The position numbers were made by a program, and so were the translations under genes. Below are positions 26,559 through 39,935 of a DNA stretch of 64,000 bases, piece after piece (the first letter of the stretch is position 1; each line of letters starts with the position of its first letter). Source of the DNA: Chiloscyllium plagiosum (taxonomy: Eukaryota). The notes beneath the pieces were generated by a model that worked only from the letters and a program-made list of their open reading frames with translations, searched no databases and had not been told where the DNA came from. The DNA lies in assembly GCF_004010195.1 (NCBI RefSeq), contig NC_057750.1, positions 4,102,382 through 4,166,381 of the forward strand, in the 5' to 3' direction.

Positions 26559-27754
26559 TGCTTTCACTTTTCTTTGGTTCAGTATAACTTCTTTCCCAAG
26601 TTACACTAAGATGACTGACTTTTTTTAACTTTCTGGTGGCTTAAATTCAATTCGAAACAATTAGAAGTGAATTATGCATGTTCTTCAAGATCGAATTCAA
26701 TCACCAAAACCAAGTGATTTCACCTTTTGAGAATGTTTGCAACTGTGTATCAGGATGTTCAGCTTGGAAAGTAGTTTCAGAGAAAGCCAGTCTGATTGGC
26801 TGCATAAAACCCAAAAGAAACTTTTGTTCAAGTAGATTTTTTCTAGGTGTAATGTATTAAATTATTTGGCTAAAATGTTCCAAACCTCCATCTATTATAA
26901 ATCCAGGTAAACAAATGGAAGCAATTTTAAGTAACTGCAATTATGTAGCATAAAAGTAAATGCTGTAGGGCAGCTTTCTGCTGTTTTGTTTCAAGTTTTG
27001 AAATACTTGAGTCCGCATGGAGCTCTAAATTAATTATTTTTCCCTTGGCTTTCAACAACTTAACCTCTTGACCCTTGGAGGGTTTTCTGACCAAACCTTA
27101 GTTTTTGTTGCTACGTTAACTCAATGAGTGAACTTGTTCATAGAGGAATAATTGGAGAAACTTGGCAGGTTTGGTAGCATCTGTGGAGAGAGAAAAAAAC
27201 TGTGATTGTGACTCTTCAAAATTCAGAACACAGGACATTAATGACAGTTCTGAAGAAGAGTTGGAGTTAGAGTGGAAGCAGTCAATTTACTAAACAATAC
27301 ATCTTAAAAAGGGAAGGATTTTCTTTTCAATTTATTTTCTAAAGTTAGTGATGGGTAGTATATACTCCCTTTGCCACAATTGGTTGGGTGAGAGATAAAA
27401 TAATATTCCTACAAAACAATGTATCCATCCCTTAGTATAGCATGCTCCATTATTTTTTTTTCTCCCCCTTCCCTCATCTTGGGGCTTCCCTGAGTGAGAT
27501 TCCTAGCATTGTACCTTTATTAGTAGGGTTCTTTCTTCGAACCCAGGTCTACTAGGTACTAGATTAGAGATTGCACACTTTACATAGATCTTTTCCACAG
27601 GAAACAGGCAGTGAAAACCTTTTTTTGCACCATCTTTTAGCTTTGATCAAGAAGGGAAGTCTGAACAGCTGGTATCCAGGACCTGGCTTCTCCAAGTGTA
27701 ATTGTGGAAAGCTCGAACATTGGGAATTGTCCTCTGACCCCTTGGGAGCAATAC

Positions 27755-30480
27755 ATGGAATAGAACTGTATAGCACAGGAACAAGCCCTTTAGCCCACCA
27801 AGATTGCATTGACACATGATGACTTTCTAAACTATAAAAACATTTTGCCTTTATGTAGTCTGTATTTCTCTGTTCCCTCCGTACTTGGGATCTGTCCAGA
27901 TGGTTCTTAAACATTGCTATTATATCCTGCCTCCATCACCATCTTCGGCAGTGCATCCCAGGCACTTAGTAGTATCTGTGTTTTTCCCAAAAAAGAAAAC
28001 CTCCCTCATCTCCTTTAAACTTGCCCCCTTTTACCTTAAACCTTTTGATCTCTACTAACTGATATTTGTACCCTGGGAAAAAGACTCCGACTATCCATCT
28101 TATCCATGCCCCTCGTAATTCTGTAAACCTCTATTAGGCTGCCCCTTATCCTTTGACATTCAAGTAAAAACAAATCAAATATGTCCAATCTCTTCTCATG
28201 GCTAACACCCTGTAAACCAGGCAACATCCCAGGAAACCGTTTGTATCCTCTCCAAAGCCTCCACATCCTCCTTGTAACGTGATGACCAGAACTGTATGCA
28301 ATATTCCAAATGTGGCCTAACTAAAGTTCTATACAGCTGCAACATGACTTGCCAATTTTTATACTCCATGCTCTAAGTAGACAGGCAGGAGGCTGGAAGA
28401 ACACAGCAAACTCGGCAGCATCAAGAGGTGGAGATGTTGACATTTCAGGTGTAACCCTTCTTTAGGACTCTGGGCATTTGGAAGATCAACTCTGTGGTTT
28501 TTAATTATTTTCCTTCTTGTCTTGTTGTGTTCTTCCAACCTCCTGCCTGTCTACTTTGGATTCCAGCATCTGCAGTTTTTTTGGTCTCTGACTGATGGAG
28601 GCAAGCATGCTATATCCACTTTTCACTTTCAGGGATCTGTGGGCCTGTAAACCATGATCCCTCTGTATATTGATGCCAGTGAGGATTCTGCTGTCTTCTC
28701 GATACTTCTCTCCTGCATTAGACTTCCAAAATACATTACCTCCCATTTGTCGGGATTAAACTCCATCTCTGCCATTTCTCCAGCCTAGTTATACCCTACT
28801 ATATCCTCTAATCCTCCTCACTATCTGCAGCTCCCCAGCCTTTGTGTTGTCCACAAACTTACTAATCAGGCAACCTACATTCTCCTTCAAATCATTTATA
28901 TGTGTTGCAAACAACTGGGGTCCCAGTACTGATCCCTGCAGAACACCAGAGGTCACAGATCACCAGTCAAAAAAACACCCTTCTACTGCTACTATCCGTC
29001 TTCTATGACTAAGCCAGTTCTGAATCCATGTTAGCTTACCATAATCCTATGTGACTTCATCTTTTGTATCAGCCTGCAATGAGGGACCTTGTCAAAGGTT
29101 TTGTGTAAGTCCATATAGACAACTTCTACTGTCTTGCCCTCATCAATCATCTTCGTCACTTCCTGAAAAACTCCAGTCAAGTTTGTGAGACACTATCTTC
29201 CCCGCACAAAGCCATGCTGGCTATCACGAATAAGTACATAATTTTCCAAATGTGAGTAAATCCTGTCCCTAAGAATCTTCTCTAATAATTTCCCTGCTGC
29301 TGATATAAAGGTCATCAATGTGTACTAATCTGGATTCTCTCTGTTGGCCTTCCTTAAACAAAGGATCAAAGTTGGCTATTTTCCAGTTCTATAGGACCTC
29401 TTGTGACTGAAGAGATAAAAAGATTTCATACAAGACTCTAGCAATTTCCTTACTGTCTCCCTTGGCATTCTGGAATAGATCCCGTCAAGTGCTGGGGACT
29501 TGTCTACCATAATGCTTTTTAAAATACCTGATACCACCACCATTTTTTTATATTGACCCTAGAATATCAACATCGTCCTCCTGAGACTCACCACTAAGCC
29601 TCTCTTCCTTTTGAGTATCAGTGCAAAGTATTGGTTAAGGACCTCACCCACTTCACCCAGCTCCATGCATAAATTCCCTCCTTCGTCCTTCAGTGGTCCT
29701 ACCCTTTCCTTAACCATGTTCTTGTTCATTTTATGTGTGAAATGCTTTGGGTTTTAGCTTCATTGTGTTTGACTAAGATATTTCACAGCCCCTTTTAGCC
29801 CTCCCAATTCTTTGAGTTCTTTCCTGCTACCTTTCTATACTTCAACGACTCTGTTTTTGGTGTGCTTGGATTTCTTTTGACTAATCTCTCAATTTCTCTT
29901 GTCATCCAAGATTCACAAATTGCGCCATCCTTATCCTTCATTTTCAAAGGAAAATGCTGGTCTTGAACTCTGACCAACTGGCTTTTAAAGATTCCCACAT
30001 GGAGGATGTGGATTTTCCCTCAAGCAGCTGTCCCAGTCGACGTTCCCTAGTTCCTGCCTAACATTGTGGAGTTAGCCTTACCCCATTTATTGCTTTCACC
30101 TGAGAACTACTCTTATCCTTATCCATAAATAACTTCAAGAATTATAGTCAGCGTTCCTGAAATGCTCCCCTACGGAGCTTGGCTGAGGTCATTCCTGAAT
30201 ATCAGGTCTAGCATACCTCCTTCGCTAGTTGGACTGTTTACATATTGTTTTAAAAAACCATCCTGGACACCTAACAAATTCTTCCCCCGTCCAATCATCT
30301 GGCACTAAGTGAGTCCCAGTCAATTTAGAAGGAAATTAAAATCACCCACCAGAACAACCCTGCTATTTTCATGTTTCTTTTTCTATAATCTGTTCCTGTA
30401 TCTCCTGCCTGATGGGACGCCTGTAGTGCAATCTCATCAAAGTGATTGTACCCTTTCTATTCCTGAGCTCTACCTATCAC
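27755..30480 (-). mobile_element. CR1 LINE ORF2 (endonuclease, RT, 3' UTR), pseudogenised
   Basis: ORF 28036-28266 (RFPGMLPGLQGVSHEKRLD...LIEVYRITRGMD), ORF 29795-29998 (ESWMTREIERLVK), QHGF-like motif at 29205-29222, ELRNRKG-like near 30470. Confidence 0.9.
28377..28589. mobile_element. PLE family B-related fold-back insertion inside CR1
   Basis: agtagacaggcaggaggctggaagaacacagcaa (28377-28410) is inverted versus ttgttgtgttcttccaacctcctgcctgtctact (~28523-28556); one arm has a ~30-nt extension. Confidence 0.7.
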
Positions 30481-30528
30481 TTTCCAATGCATGCATGTAC
30501 GTTTTGGCAGGCTTAATTTGATAATAAC

Positions 30529-33345
30529 TGAAATAACTCCAAGGCTGGTGTCCCATCACAGAGTCACCCTTTTTTACACGTGCACAGTCATGGACTCAGA
30601 GATGTACAGCAGGCAAGTAGATACTTCGGTCCAATTCATCCATGTCGATCAGATATCCTAAATTAATCAAGTCCCATTTGCCAGCATTTTGCCCATATCC
30701 GTCTAAACCTTCCTATTCGTATAGCCATCCAGATGCCTTTTAAATGTTGTAATTGTATCAGCCTTCACACTTACACTGGCAGTTCATTCCATACGCACAC
30801 TACCCTCTGCTTGAAAACGTTGCCCCTTAGGTTCTGACTTTAGTACTGCCTCTTCAGAGTCGGCTATCAGGGTTCCAGAATCTTGGGCACTCCCTTTTTT
30901 TATGCAAACTGAATACATACTTGTTTTTTTTTCCCTTTTTTTTCCTTTGTCCCCACACTACTGCCTAATAGCGGTAGTGCTACATACCTTTTTTTTTACA
31001 TATTTTATTAAACAATTCACAGTTTACAAAACAATTAACATTTACAGCTGTATACAGAGAAACAGCAATTTTACAAGGGAGAGGAATGGCAAAGCCAAAA
31101 CCCAAACCCTGACGTTCAGCCAGTTTTCAGGGAGATGAAGACAAACCTCAAATCCTGGTTTCAGTCATTACAAACAGTAACAAAGACATTTGTACATACA
31201 AGACAGTCCAATTACATGAAAAAAAACAGTGCATACAATACAGACCCCCAGAAAACTCAGCTAGCACCCCTGTCCCTCCCACCCTCCGGCCACTCTAAGA
31301 CAGCCCAACCCTAACATTTCCCTTTTTATCTGTCAGCCAGGGCTCCCTGATTGGGGCTGTTAGTCTGGTCCAAACAGGGAACGTTTTATTCTATGAGGTG
31401 CAACTGGCTGACCTCATTATAATCACTATATCTGTCTCCCTCTGAGTCTAAGAACATAGACAGTCCTCTTTCTTGGAGAGTCTCCAGGGGTGCATGTTCC
31501 TCCAACTTGGCATCAGATATGGGTGGTGTACATCTCATGAGCTTGCCTCTTGTGCCAGGAATGCCTTTTGTAGGATTTCACTCCTGTCCTGGTGACAGAG
31601 GTAGCTATATCTGTCACATACATCTTGGATTGAGAACTTATCAACGTTTGATGGAATGGATGAACTGACTAGTTCAAGCAGCCTTTTCGACTGTTGAGAG
31701 GGGCAGGGCACATTTTCCTCCCTCACCACTTGCAAGTTTGCAGCTTTCATATGGTCCTTGTGCTTGTTCAGGACTGTTACTTACCCAAACTTTATATGTC
31801 ACTGGTCCTGACCTTGCATTGACCATGCCTCTTATTCATGCTGGGCCATTTCTATGATTCTTAAACCAAACTTTGTCTCCCAAATCAAATTGTCTTATTT
31901 GGCAGAGGCTTGTGCCTGGCATTGGCATTCCCCCTCCCCCACCCACCTGTCTGGCAAGATCAGACTTAACCTGGTGCAGAGTCTTCTACCCATTAGCAAT
32001 TCTGCCGGTCCTATACTAGTGACATATACATTTTGGGTGGTTTAATATGGTGTGATACTATAATCAAATAAGAACCATGACAGCTTGGTATCTAACAATG
32101 CTGTTTCTTTAAGCCAGCCTTAAGTTCTTTCTGCCAGGCCATTGAATGATGAGTGGTATGGAGCTATCCTTGTATGTTTAATCCCATTTGACTTTAGGAA
32201 ATTCCCAACAGTTCCTGCTGGTAAATGATGGCCTGTTATCTGTGGCCAACACTTCTGGGACTCCATGTATTGAAAAAACTGCACGTGGTTTTTCTATCAT
32301 CCATGTCCAACAACTTTGAGTAGGCTCCTACAATGCTGAAGAACATTGAGCCCAAGAAAAGACCTACATGGTCAAAGTGCAGCCCGAGTCCAAGGGTTAC
32401 CTAGTCATTCCCACAAGTGGAGAGGAGCTGTTGGTGGGAATCTTTGTCCTTGTTGGTTCTGCCCCACTAATGCGCAGCAATGTTTGTATCCAGGCCTAGC
32501 CACCAGACATAACACCTTGCCAGCATTTTCATTTGGAAACCCCTGGATGGCTCTGCTGGAGTTCAGCCAGTATTTGGCAGTGACCTTTGCTCGGGACAAC
32601 TGCAATTGCACCCCTTAACAATATGCCATCCACAACTGTGAGCTGGTCTGCGACCAAAAAGATTTCACTTATAGTTGTGATAGACTTTGTCTCAGTTTTG
32701 AAAAGACTGGACCTTATGTTGTTCAAAGTCTGATTATTGTCAGCTTTGACTAGGAGCATGTCCATAAAATTTAAAGAGCCCTTCTGCTGGGCTTCCAAAT
32801 GCTAATGGGAGATGGCTCAATGCATCCACATTTATTACTAAGCCTCTCAGATGCTGTTCTAGCTTGTAACTGTAAGCACTTCGTGTTAGAGTGCACTGCT
32901 GAATGACGCCCAAAGCTATGGGTGGCACTGCCTTGTCCTCTTAGACCAAATAGGGATTTTTGGTTAGTGATTATCACAAATTGTCGATCATCGAAGTATT
33001 GATGGAACTTCCTCAGTCCAAATATGACTACCACCCAGATAGAGAGGGGAGGATTGGCATTTACACTCTGCATGAGCCAAAGTACATATTTTGGGTGCAT
33101 ATGCTATGGGGCATTTGTCTCCATTGGGCCACTTAAGTGCTAAAACTACCCTGATGCCATATGGGGTGGGTGCATTGCACGTCAATACTAGATCTTTCTT
33201 GGGGCAGCAACAACTTTAGAGGACAATGAAAGCTTGGGCTTGACTATGTGACCATTTTCAAGGCAGACCCTTTTTTTAGGAGTTGATGGAATGGTACCAG
33301 GATGGAAGTTGGGTTATGTAATAATGTAGCAGCCCAAGCAACGAC
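30529..33345 (-). mobile_element. Decayed Ty3/Gypsy LTR retrotransposon: 3' LTR (30529-31430, twice interrupted) plus pol remnant (RNase H, integrase)
   Basis: TCNAPTPYGIRVVL...PIAYA and FGLRKFHQYFDDRQFVIITNQKSL (RNase H); ELQQSHPGVSK (Zn finger); HGVPEVLATDN and PYHSSFNGLAER (integrase). Purine tract at 31431-31445; LTR homologous to 51160-51392. Confidence 0.85.
30589..30832 (-). mobile_element. CR1 3' end inserted in the Gypsy LTR
   Basis: Reverse match to 55818-56060. Confidence 0.85.
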
Positions 33346-34435
33346 CTAAGTGCCTGGACAGACATGGGAGGAGGGGCACATGGGTGGCGGTGTCCCTACC
33401 TCTGAGCTGGGAGACCTGGGATCAAGTCTCACTTGCTGCAGAACTGTGTAATAACGCATCTGAATCTGAGCAGGTTGATCTGAAAATAGGTAAAAGTGCA
33501 GTTTATCCCATCTGCTGGACTAACTGTAAACAAACATAATCCTCTAAAAATCCTCTCTCATGGAGAAAGAAACAGATGGCATTGCTATTCCACCATCCCC
33601 AGTATTTCCCAAATGCTTTCCTGTCAATGAAGTACTTTTGAAGTGGAGTCACTGCTGCGTTGGTCCATTTGGCAGCAAGTAGAGTTAATTTATCTGGTTG
33701 GGGGAGGGGAATTTCCAGAGTAGAATATGCTGGTAAACCTGCTTTTCATGTTTGTGTACATTGGCTATATTCTGCATTGTCTACAATAGATTAGAAAACC
33801 AGTGCCTTTATAAATATTAATGCATTTCCAACGACATAGTAACATGATGCCACTGCTCCATCATTATTTTGTTGAGATACTGGAACAGAGTTGAAAATCA
33901 AGTAGTATTTCAACAAGAATCTGGAAACTGTTGAATTAAGGAAAATACATTCTGTATGAGAAGTGAATATGTTGATGGTGTAATGCAATTCTTGAGAAAA
34001 ATACAAATTTTAAGATATAAAGGTTCTCTCTGCATTCTGTTTAATGTCCAACCTATTCATACTTGCATTGACCTTTGTCCCTTCTCCCTCCTTTTTCAAA
34101 TCTGTTACAGAAGCCAATCACTGGTACTACCCCAAAATAACAAGTGTTGAATGCTGTTTCTGAATATTCAATTCATCATCTGTATGTTTTTTAGCATTTT
34201 CTGATGCTTGAATCTGTAAACTTGTTTATGAGGCCTATTCTATTGCAAGGGCAAATGGCAGATTGGTTGTTTCGGCTGGGGTCAATTCATAATTTTGTCT
34301 CTCTCCATCAGCTTTGAGCCCAACACCAATATTGCGTTTGCCATTTCAGTACATTGAGGGAGTACTGCATTTTTAAAAAGTTCATTAGAGAGGTGGTTGT
34401 AGCTAGAGAAATTAACATTTATTGCTCTTCCATTA

Positions 34436-34761
34436 GGGTGGCTCAGTGGTTAGTACTGCTGCCTGAAGCACCAGGGACCCAGTTTCAGTTTCCATCTCAG
34501 GCCACTGTCTGTGTGGAGTTTGAACACTCTCCCTGTGTCTGTGTGGGTTGCCTCCGGGTGCTCTGGTTTCCTCCCACAGTCGAAAGGTGTGCAGATTAGG
34601 TGAATTGGCCATGTTAAATTACCCAAAGTATTAGGTGCATTAGTCAGGAGTAAACATAGGGCAGGGAAGTGGGTCTGGGTGGGTTACTCTTCAGAGGGTT
34701 GGTGTGGACTTGTTGAGCCAAATGGCCTGTTTCCTCACTGTGCAGGGAATCTAATCTAATC
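34436..34761 (+). mobile_element. HE1-type SINE
   Basis: Collinear with 14139-14440, including A box and (tctaa)n tail. Confidence 0.9.
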
Positions 34762-34814
34762 ATAACTGCCCTCAAAAGCATTCAACCATAGCAGTCTGTA
34801 TGATGTAGGGACAC

Positions 34815-35612
34815 TTCTGTTTGATTAGGATTCCAGGATTTTCACCAGATGACAACAACAAAGGGCCAGTGTGTGACTTACGAAGAAACTTTTAAGCTGA
34901 TGGTTCCACACACCTGCTTAGCTTGTTCGTCCAGGAATGGATTTGAGTTTAGCAAGTGATATTAAAGAAGCCTCAGCAAGGTGATGCATGCAGTAATGGT
35001 GTGTAGATGATGTGGGAAGAATATGTTTAAGGTGGAGGATAAAATGCCAGTCGGACAGATTCTCCATGGTGTTAAGCTTCTTGAATGTTGTTACAGCTGC
35101 ACTCATCCAGGCAATTGGATAGCATATTTTCATTCATTCTCACAATGTTGCCATTGCTGTCCATTGATATTCCTTGCCCCATCCTTAGTTACCCTTGAAC
35201 TGCCGGTGAGATACTTTGTTGATCTGCTGCAGTCCTTGGTGAAGGGGCACCCGCAATATTTGTTTCTTGGGGAGTGTGAGCAAGTTCCAAGATTTTCTTT
35301 CCTGAGGGAAATCATGATGTGGTTATGTCAAGATCTATGGATTAGAGGGAAATTTGCAGGTGATAGTGTCCCATGCTTCTGCAGCCATTGTTCTAGATAG
35401 TGGAAGGTGCTGTCAAAGGAGCTTTGGTGAGTTAGTGCAATGCATCCTATAGATGATATCCTATATACTGCTACTGTGCTTTTGTGGTGAAGGTGGTGGA
35501 TGGAAGCCAGTCCCTCCACCTGGATGCTGCTAAGCTACTTGATCTTCGGCCAAGTGGAGTACTCTGTCACTCCTGACTTGTGCCTTTGAAGTACTTGCCA
35601 CAGAATTCCTTC
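34815..35612 (-). mobile_element. LINE-B 3' fragments (two or three pieces)
   Basis: Reverse matches to 10660-11080. Confidence 0.6.
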
Positions 35613-35614
35613 TG

Positions 35615-35705
35615 GATAAAAACAATGACTGCAGATGCTGGAAACCAGATTCTGGATCAGTGGTGCTGGAAGAGCACAGCAATTCAGGCAGCATCCGAGG
35701 AGCAG
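35615..35705 (-). mobile_element. PLE family B terminal fragment
   Basis: Near-identical to 41827-41912. Confidence 0.8.
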
Positions 35706-36357
35706 TACCTACATTTTGATTAGCCAAATGCTGAAGCAAACAGGAACAATTCCTAATTTTTGTGCCTTTTCCTTTTCTCCAGCCAAGAAGCTGAGTATGC
35801 AGCCTGCTTCCAGGAATCTGCTCTTTTATAGGAATTTTACCTTGACAGAGGTCATATTTTGGATGTTCACCTGGCAGAATGGAGTCGCCAAAACACAGTC
35901 TTTTGACAATACGATCAAGCTGCGCTTGTTCATGAATAAACTGCTCATTAAAAATACTCAGATTGTTCTGCCAGGGCCACTCAGTTCTCGTTACAGGCCG
36001 ATCTCAACATGGACAACAGAGCCAAACTCCTGGGATGAGGGACAATGTCCTTGACATCAAGGTAACACTCAATGTAGTATCAAGAAACAGTAGCAAAACT
36101 GAAGACAATATGAATTGAGGGAGTCTTTACATCGATTGCAGTCATACCAAGCACAAGGAGGAAGATTGTTGTGGTCATCTCAGATCCATTATGTCTGCAG
36201 AAGTTCCTCAGGGTAGTATCCTTGGCCCAACCATTTTCAGTCGCTTCATCATTAACCCTCTCTCCATAAGGTCAGAAGTAGGGGTGTTTGCTGAAGATTG
36301 CAAAAATCAGGAATTGTTCCTGTTTGCTTCAACATTTGGCTAATCAAAATGTAGGTA
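35706..36357. repeat. 57-bp inverted repeat pair (35706-35762 / 36301-36357) enclosing a + strand LINE-B RT fragment
   Basis: Direct comparison gives 55/57 identity. Enclosed 35915-36300 matches 9950-10365. Confidence 0.9.
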
Positions 36358-38744
36358 TGTTGATACCCAGGGAGGATTCAAAGATGGTTACCAAGGCAAT
36401 TAGGGGTATATTAGTATGTTGTTTCCCCTGCCTCTTAATCTCAGCCTGAAATATACTATTTAACCCCCTACAACTTGCTGAAGCTCAGAGGTGTTTTCAA
36501 ATTGAGGTCTTTATTGTCTAGGTAATTCTGTTCACTTCCAGTGAGGCCCTATGTGGTGTTAGATTTTCTGACTTTCTTGGTGTTTTAAATGTGATGCTTA
36601 AGTTCATTTTCTTAAAATAGCTACAGTGGGCATTAGCTCAAATTATTCATTTTTCTTCCAGCAAAGTTTTAAGAATTTTGTTCTGCCTTTGAGTGAAGAT
36701 GATCTTAAACTTTCTGCTAAATTTTTCATAGCAATTTATTTTCATATTGGGCCCTTGTACCCAGCAGTAATTGCTGGGGACTGTTGAGGGTATCTCTTTG
36801 ACTTTTGTTTCTTGACTGATCTAACTTTCTCATGTTAAATTGTGTTTTAAGATGATGGCACTGTTTTCATTTGTTCTTGTGTGAAGAGATAGCAGGGGAT
36901 CCCGAGAAAATATTGGTATGTGTCCAGGGTACATATTACCATTTCCCACACCACCTCCCACATAGAAACTTTGAAATAAGACCAGTATTTTGTTTTAATT
37001 TCTTAAATCAGGACAATTATCTCTCTTCATGTACAGTATATTTACACTTTAGCAGGCTTCAAGCATAGGTTGGTGCAGATTTCATAATTCCTATCTATTG
37101 TTTTCAGCATTATTTCAGTGAACTGGTCAATTCAAGCCAAATTTGTGCTCCGAGAAATATAAATTGTTATGTGTCCTGACCAGAGATACAAGGAAAAGCA
37201 TTATTTTTAAACTCTGCTGGCCCTAGCACTGAATATGTATTTAAAGCACAAAACTGTGGGCCGAAAGACTGAAAGAAACAGGAAGCATTGTGCCTGTTGC
37301 AGTGCAGCTTGGTATGTTTATTAATGTAGTCTGGAGCAGGCTTGTCAGCTCTGTCACATCATATCTATTGCCGTGAAGTAATTCTGTTATATTCTGTGTC
37401 TTGCTCAATGAGCAGAAACTCCAAAAGAGGTCAACTGTGCACTAATCATTCTGTCCTGTAAAGCTGACAAAATATATTTAATCTTCTGATATGAGTTATT
37501 CAGAATTGTATGCCATGACTGGCCTTTACTTTTGTTTTTATGTGAATATTCCCCACTGTCCCCTGCTCTTGACTTAGATGCTGTGACCTCGAGATCAGTT
37601 GAAAAGCATATACTGCCAAATTACCTTTTATTTTGTTTCATTTGTACTGTTTCATTTACTGTACTGTGAAACACAAGCCTTTGTTATTATCCCGTCGTTG
37701 CAATTGATGCTTGACTTTATTGTTTGTCAATTTTTAGCACTGGTGTCGTGGAGTAATGATATCAAGATTTGGAATTAAGGAAATTGAACCGGGAATATTC
37801 GAATCCAGCCTGACATTCTTCTCTCTCTAAATTATGTATTTGATAAAGTATTACTTTGCTGACCATTGAACACTCGTCTTGGTGAATAAAGTATCAGGTG
37901 CCCACATTCCCCAGTCTTCGGAGGCTCGTTTCCAAATTCTGTTCTGATAATTAAAATGAGCATTTGCGTTCTTACTGGCACTTCAGTTGGACAGCACATC
38001 TTTGCAGGTTGAAGGAGACCGATGTCTTCATTCAGAAAGCAATTACAGATCTCTCGTGACATTAAGGGTTTAGATGGAGAGGAATTTTTAAGTGTTCTGA
38101 TTCAGTGTGTGGATGTACCTAGTAGAGAAGGTGCAAATTTTGACTTACTCTTGGGAAATAAGGCAGGGCAGGTGACTGAGGTGTCAGTGGGGGAGTACGT
38201 TGGGGCCAGTGACCATAATTCTATTTGTTTTTAAAAAGTGGTGGAAAAGGATAGACCAGCTCTAAAAGTTGAAGTTCTAAATTGGAGGAAGGCTAATTTT
38301 GATGGTATTAGGCAAGAACTTTCAAAAGCTGATTGGGGGCAGATGTTCGCAGGTAAAGGGATGGCTCGAAAATGAGAAGCCTTGAAAAATGAGATAAGAA
38401 TCCTGCGACAGTATATTCCTGTAGGGTGAAAGGAAAGGCAGGTGGGTACAAGAAATGCAAGATGACTAGTGAAATTGAGGTTTTGGTTAAGAAAAAGAAG
38501 GAAGTATATGTCAGGTATAGACAGCAGAGATCGAGTGAATCCTTAGAGTATAAAGGCAGTAGAAGTATACTGAAAGAGGGAAATCTTAAAGGCAAAAAGG
38601 GGACGTGAGAAATCTTCAGTAAATAGAGTTAAGGAGATCAAAGTTTGTGAGAAGATTTGTAGCTCGGGTGCTCGGTTCTGTTCGCCGAGCTGGGAATTTG
38701 TGTTGCAGAAGTTTCGTCCCCTGTCTAGGTGACATACTCAGTGC

Positions 38745-39280
38745 ATCCCACTCAGACCAATAGTATCACTACCAGGGACACCATCACACAAACTGGCTAA
38801 AGAACTACAACAGAAACTGAAACACCTGATCAGCGGATCCAGACACTCTATACAATCAACACAGGAATTCTTGGACATCATCAGAAATATGCACATAGAC
38901 AAGGAAGAAATCATGGTCTCACTCGATGTAACGGCACTGTTCACCTCTATCGACAAAACCCTAGTCAGAGAAACAATAGCCAACCTGCTGAACATACAGA
39001 ACAGACAACAGGACGTTGAACCTATCAACAAAGACGGCATACTCAAACTACTGAACCTGTGCCTCACAACACACTTCACATTCAACAACCAAATATATGA
39101 ACAAATCAACGGCACACCCATGGGCTCACCCATCTCTGGACTCATAGCAGAAGCGGTAATGCAAAGATTAGAACAAACAGTCTTACCACAAATGCAACCC
39201 AAACTCTGGGTCAGATATGTGGATGACACCTTTGTAATCATTAAAAACACAGAAATAGAGAACACACACCGGATCATCAA
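38745..39280 (+). CDS. Partial PLE reverse transcriptase (no start codon; runs into assembly gap)
   Basis: IPLRPIVS, VSLDVTALFTSI, YEQINGTPMGSPISG and WVRYVDDTF are PLE-type RT motifs; no stops in 178 codons. Confidence 0.9.
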
Positions 39281-39778
39281 NNNNNNNNNNNNNNNNNNNN
39301 NNNNNNNNNNNNNNNNNNNNNNNNNNNNNNNNNNNNNNNNNNNNNNNNNNNNNNNNNNNNNNNNNNNNNNNNNNNNNNNNNNNNNNNNNNNNNNNNNNNN
39401 NNNNNNNNNNNNNNNNNNNNNNNNNNNNNNNNNNNNNNNNNNNNNNNNNNNNNNNNNNNNNNNNNNNNNNNNNNNNNNNNNNNNNNNNNNNNNNNNNNNN
39501 NNNNNNNNNNNNNNNNNNNNNNNNNNNNNNNNNNNNNNNNNNNNNNNNNNNNNNNNNNNNNNNNNNNNNNNNNNNNNNNNNNNNNNNNNNNNNNNNNNNN
39601 NNNNNNNNNNNNNNNNNNNNNNNNNNNNNNNNNNNNNNNNNNNNNNNNNNNNNNNNNNNNNNNNNNNNNNNNNNNNNNNNNNNNNNNNNNNNNNNNNNNN
39701 NNNNNNNNNNNNNNNNNNNNNNNNNNNNNNNNNNNNNNNNNNNNNNNNNNNNNNNNNNNNNNNNNNNNNNNNNNNNNN
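39281..39778. other. Assembly gap
   Basis: Run of N. Confidence 1.
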
Positions 39779-39895
39779 ACCCAATATACCGACCACTGCA
39801 ATGGACAGCTGGAACTGACAACCGGAAGCGGCAGATTCAAACCACTACAAATGCCGGAGGAAAGATCACAGAAGCGCTTCACAGGAGGCTCCCAA

Positions 39896-39935
39896 GCACT
39901 GAGGATGTCATCTAGACAGGGGACGAAACGTCTGC
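39896..39935 (+). ncRNA. Minimal type-I hammerhead ribozyme motif, intact
   Basis: gca-CTGAGGA-T-GTCATCT-AGAC-AGGGGAC-GAAAC-GTC-tgc. Stem I gca/tgc, stem II 6/7 paired, predicted cleavage after GUC (39932). Confidence 0.8.
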
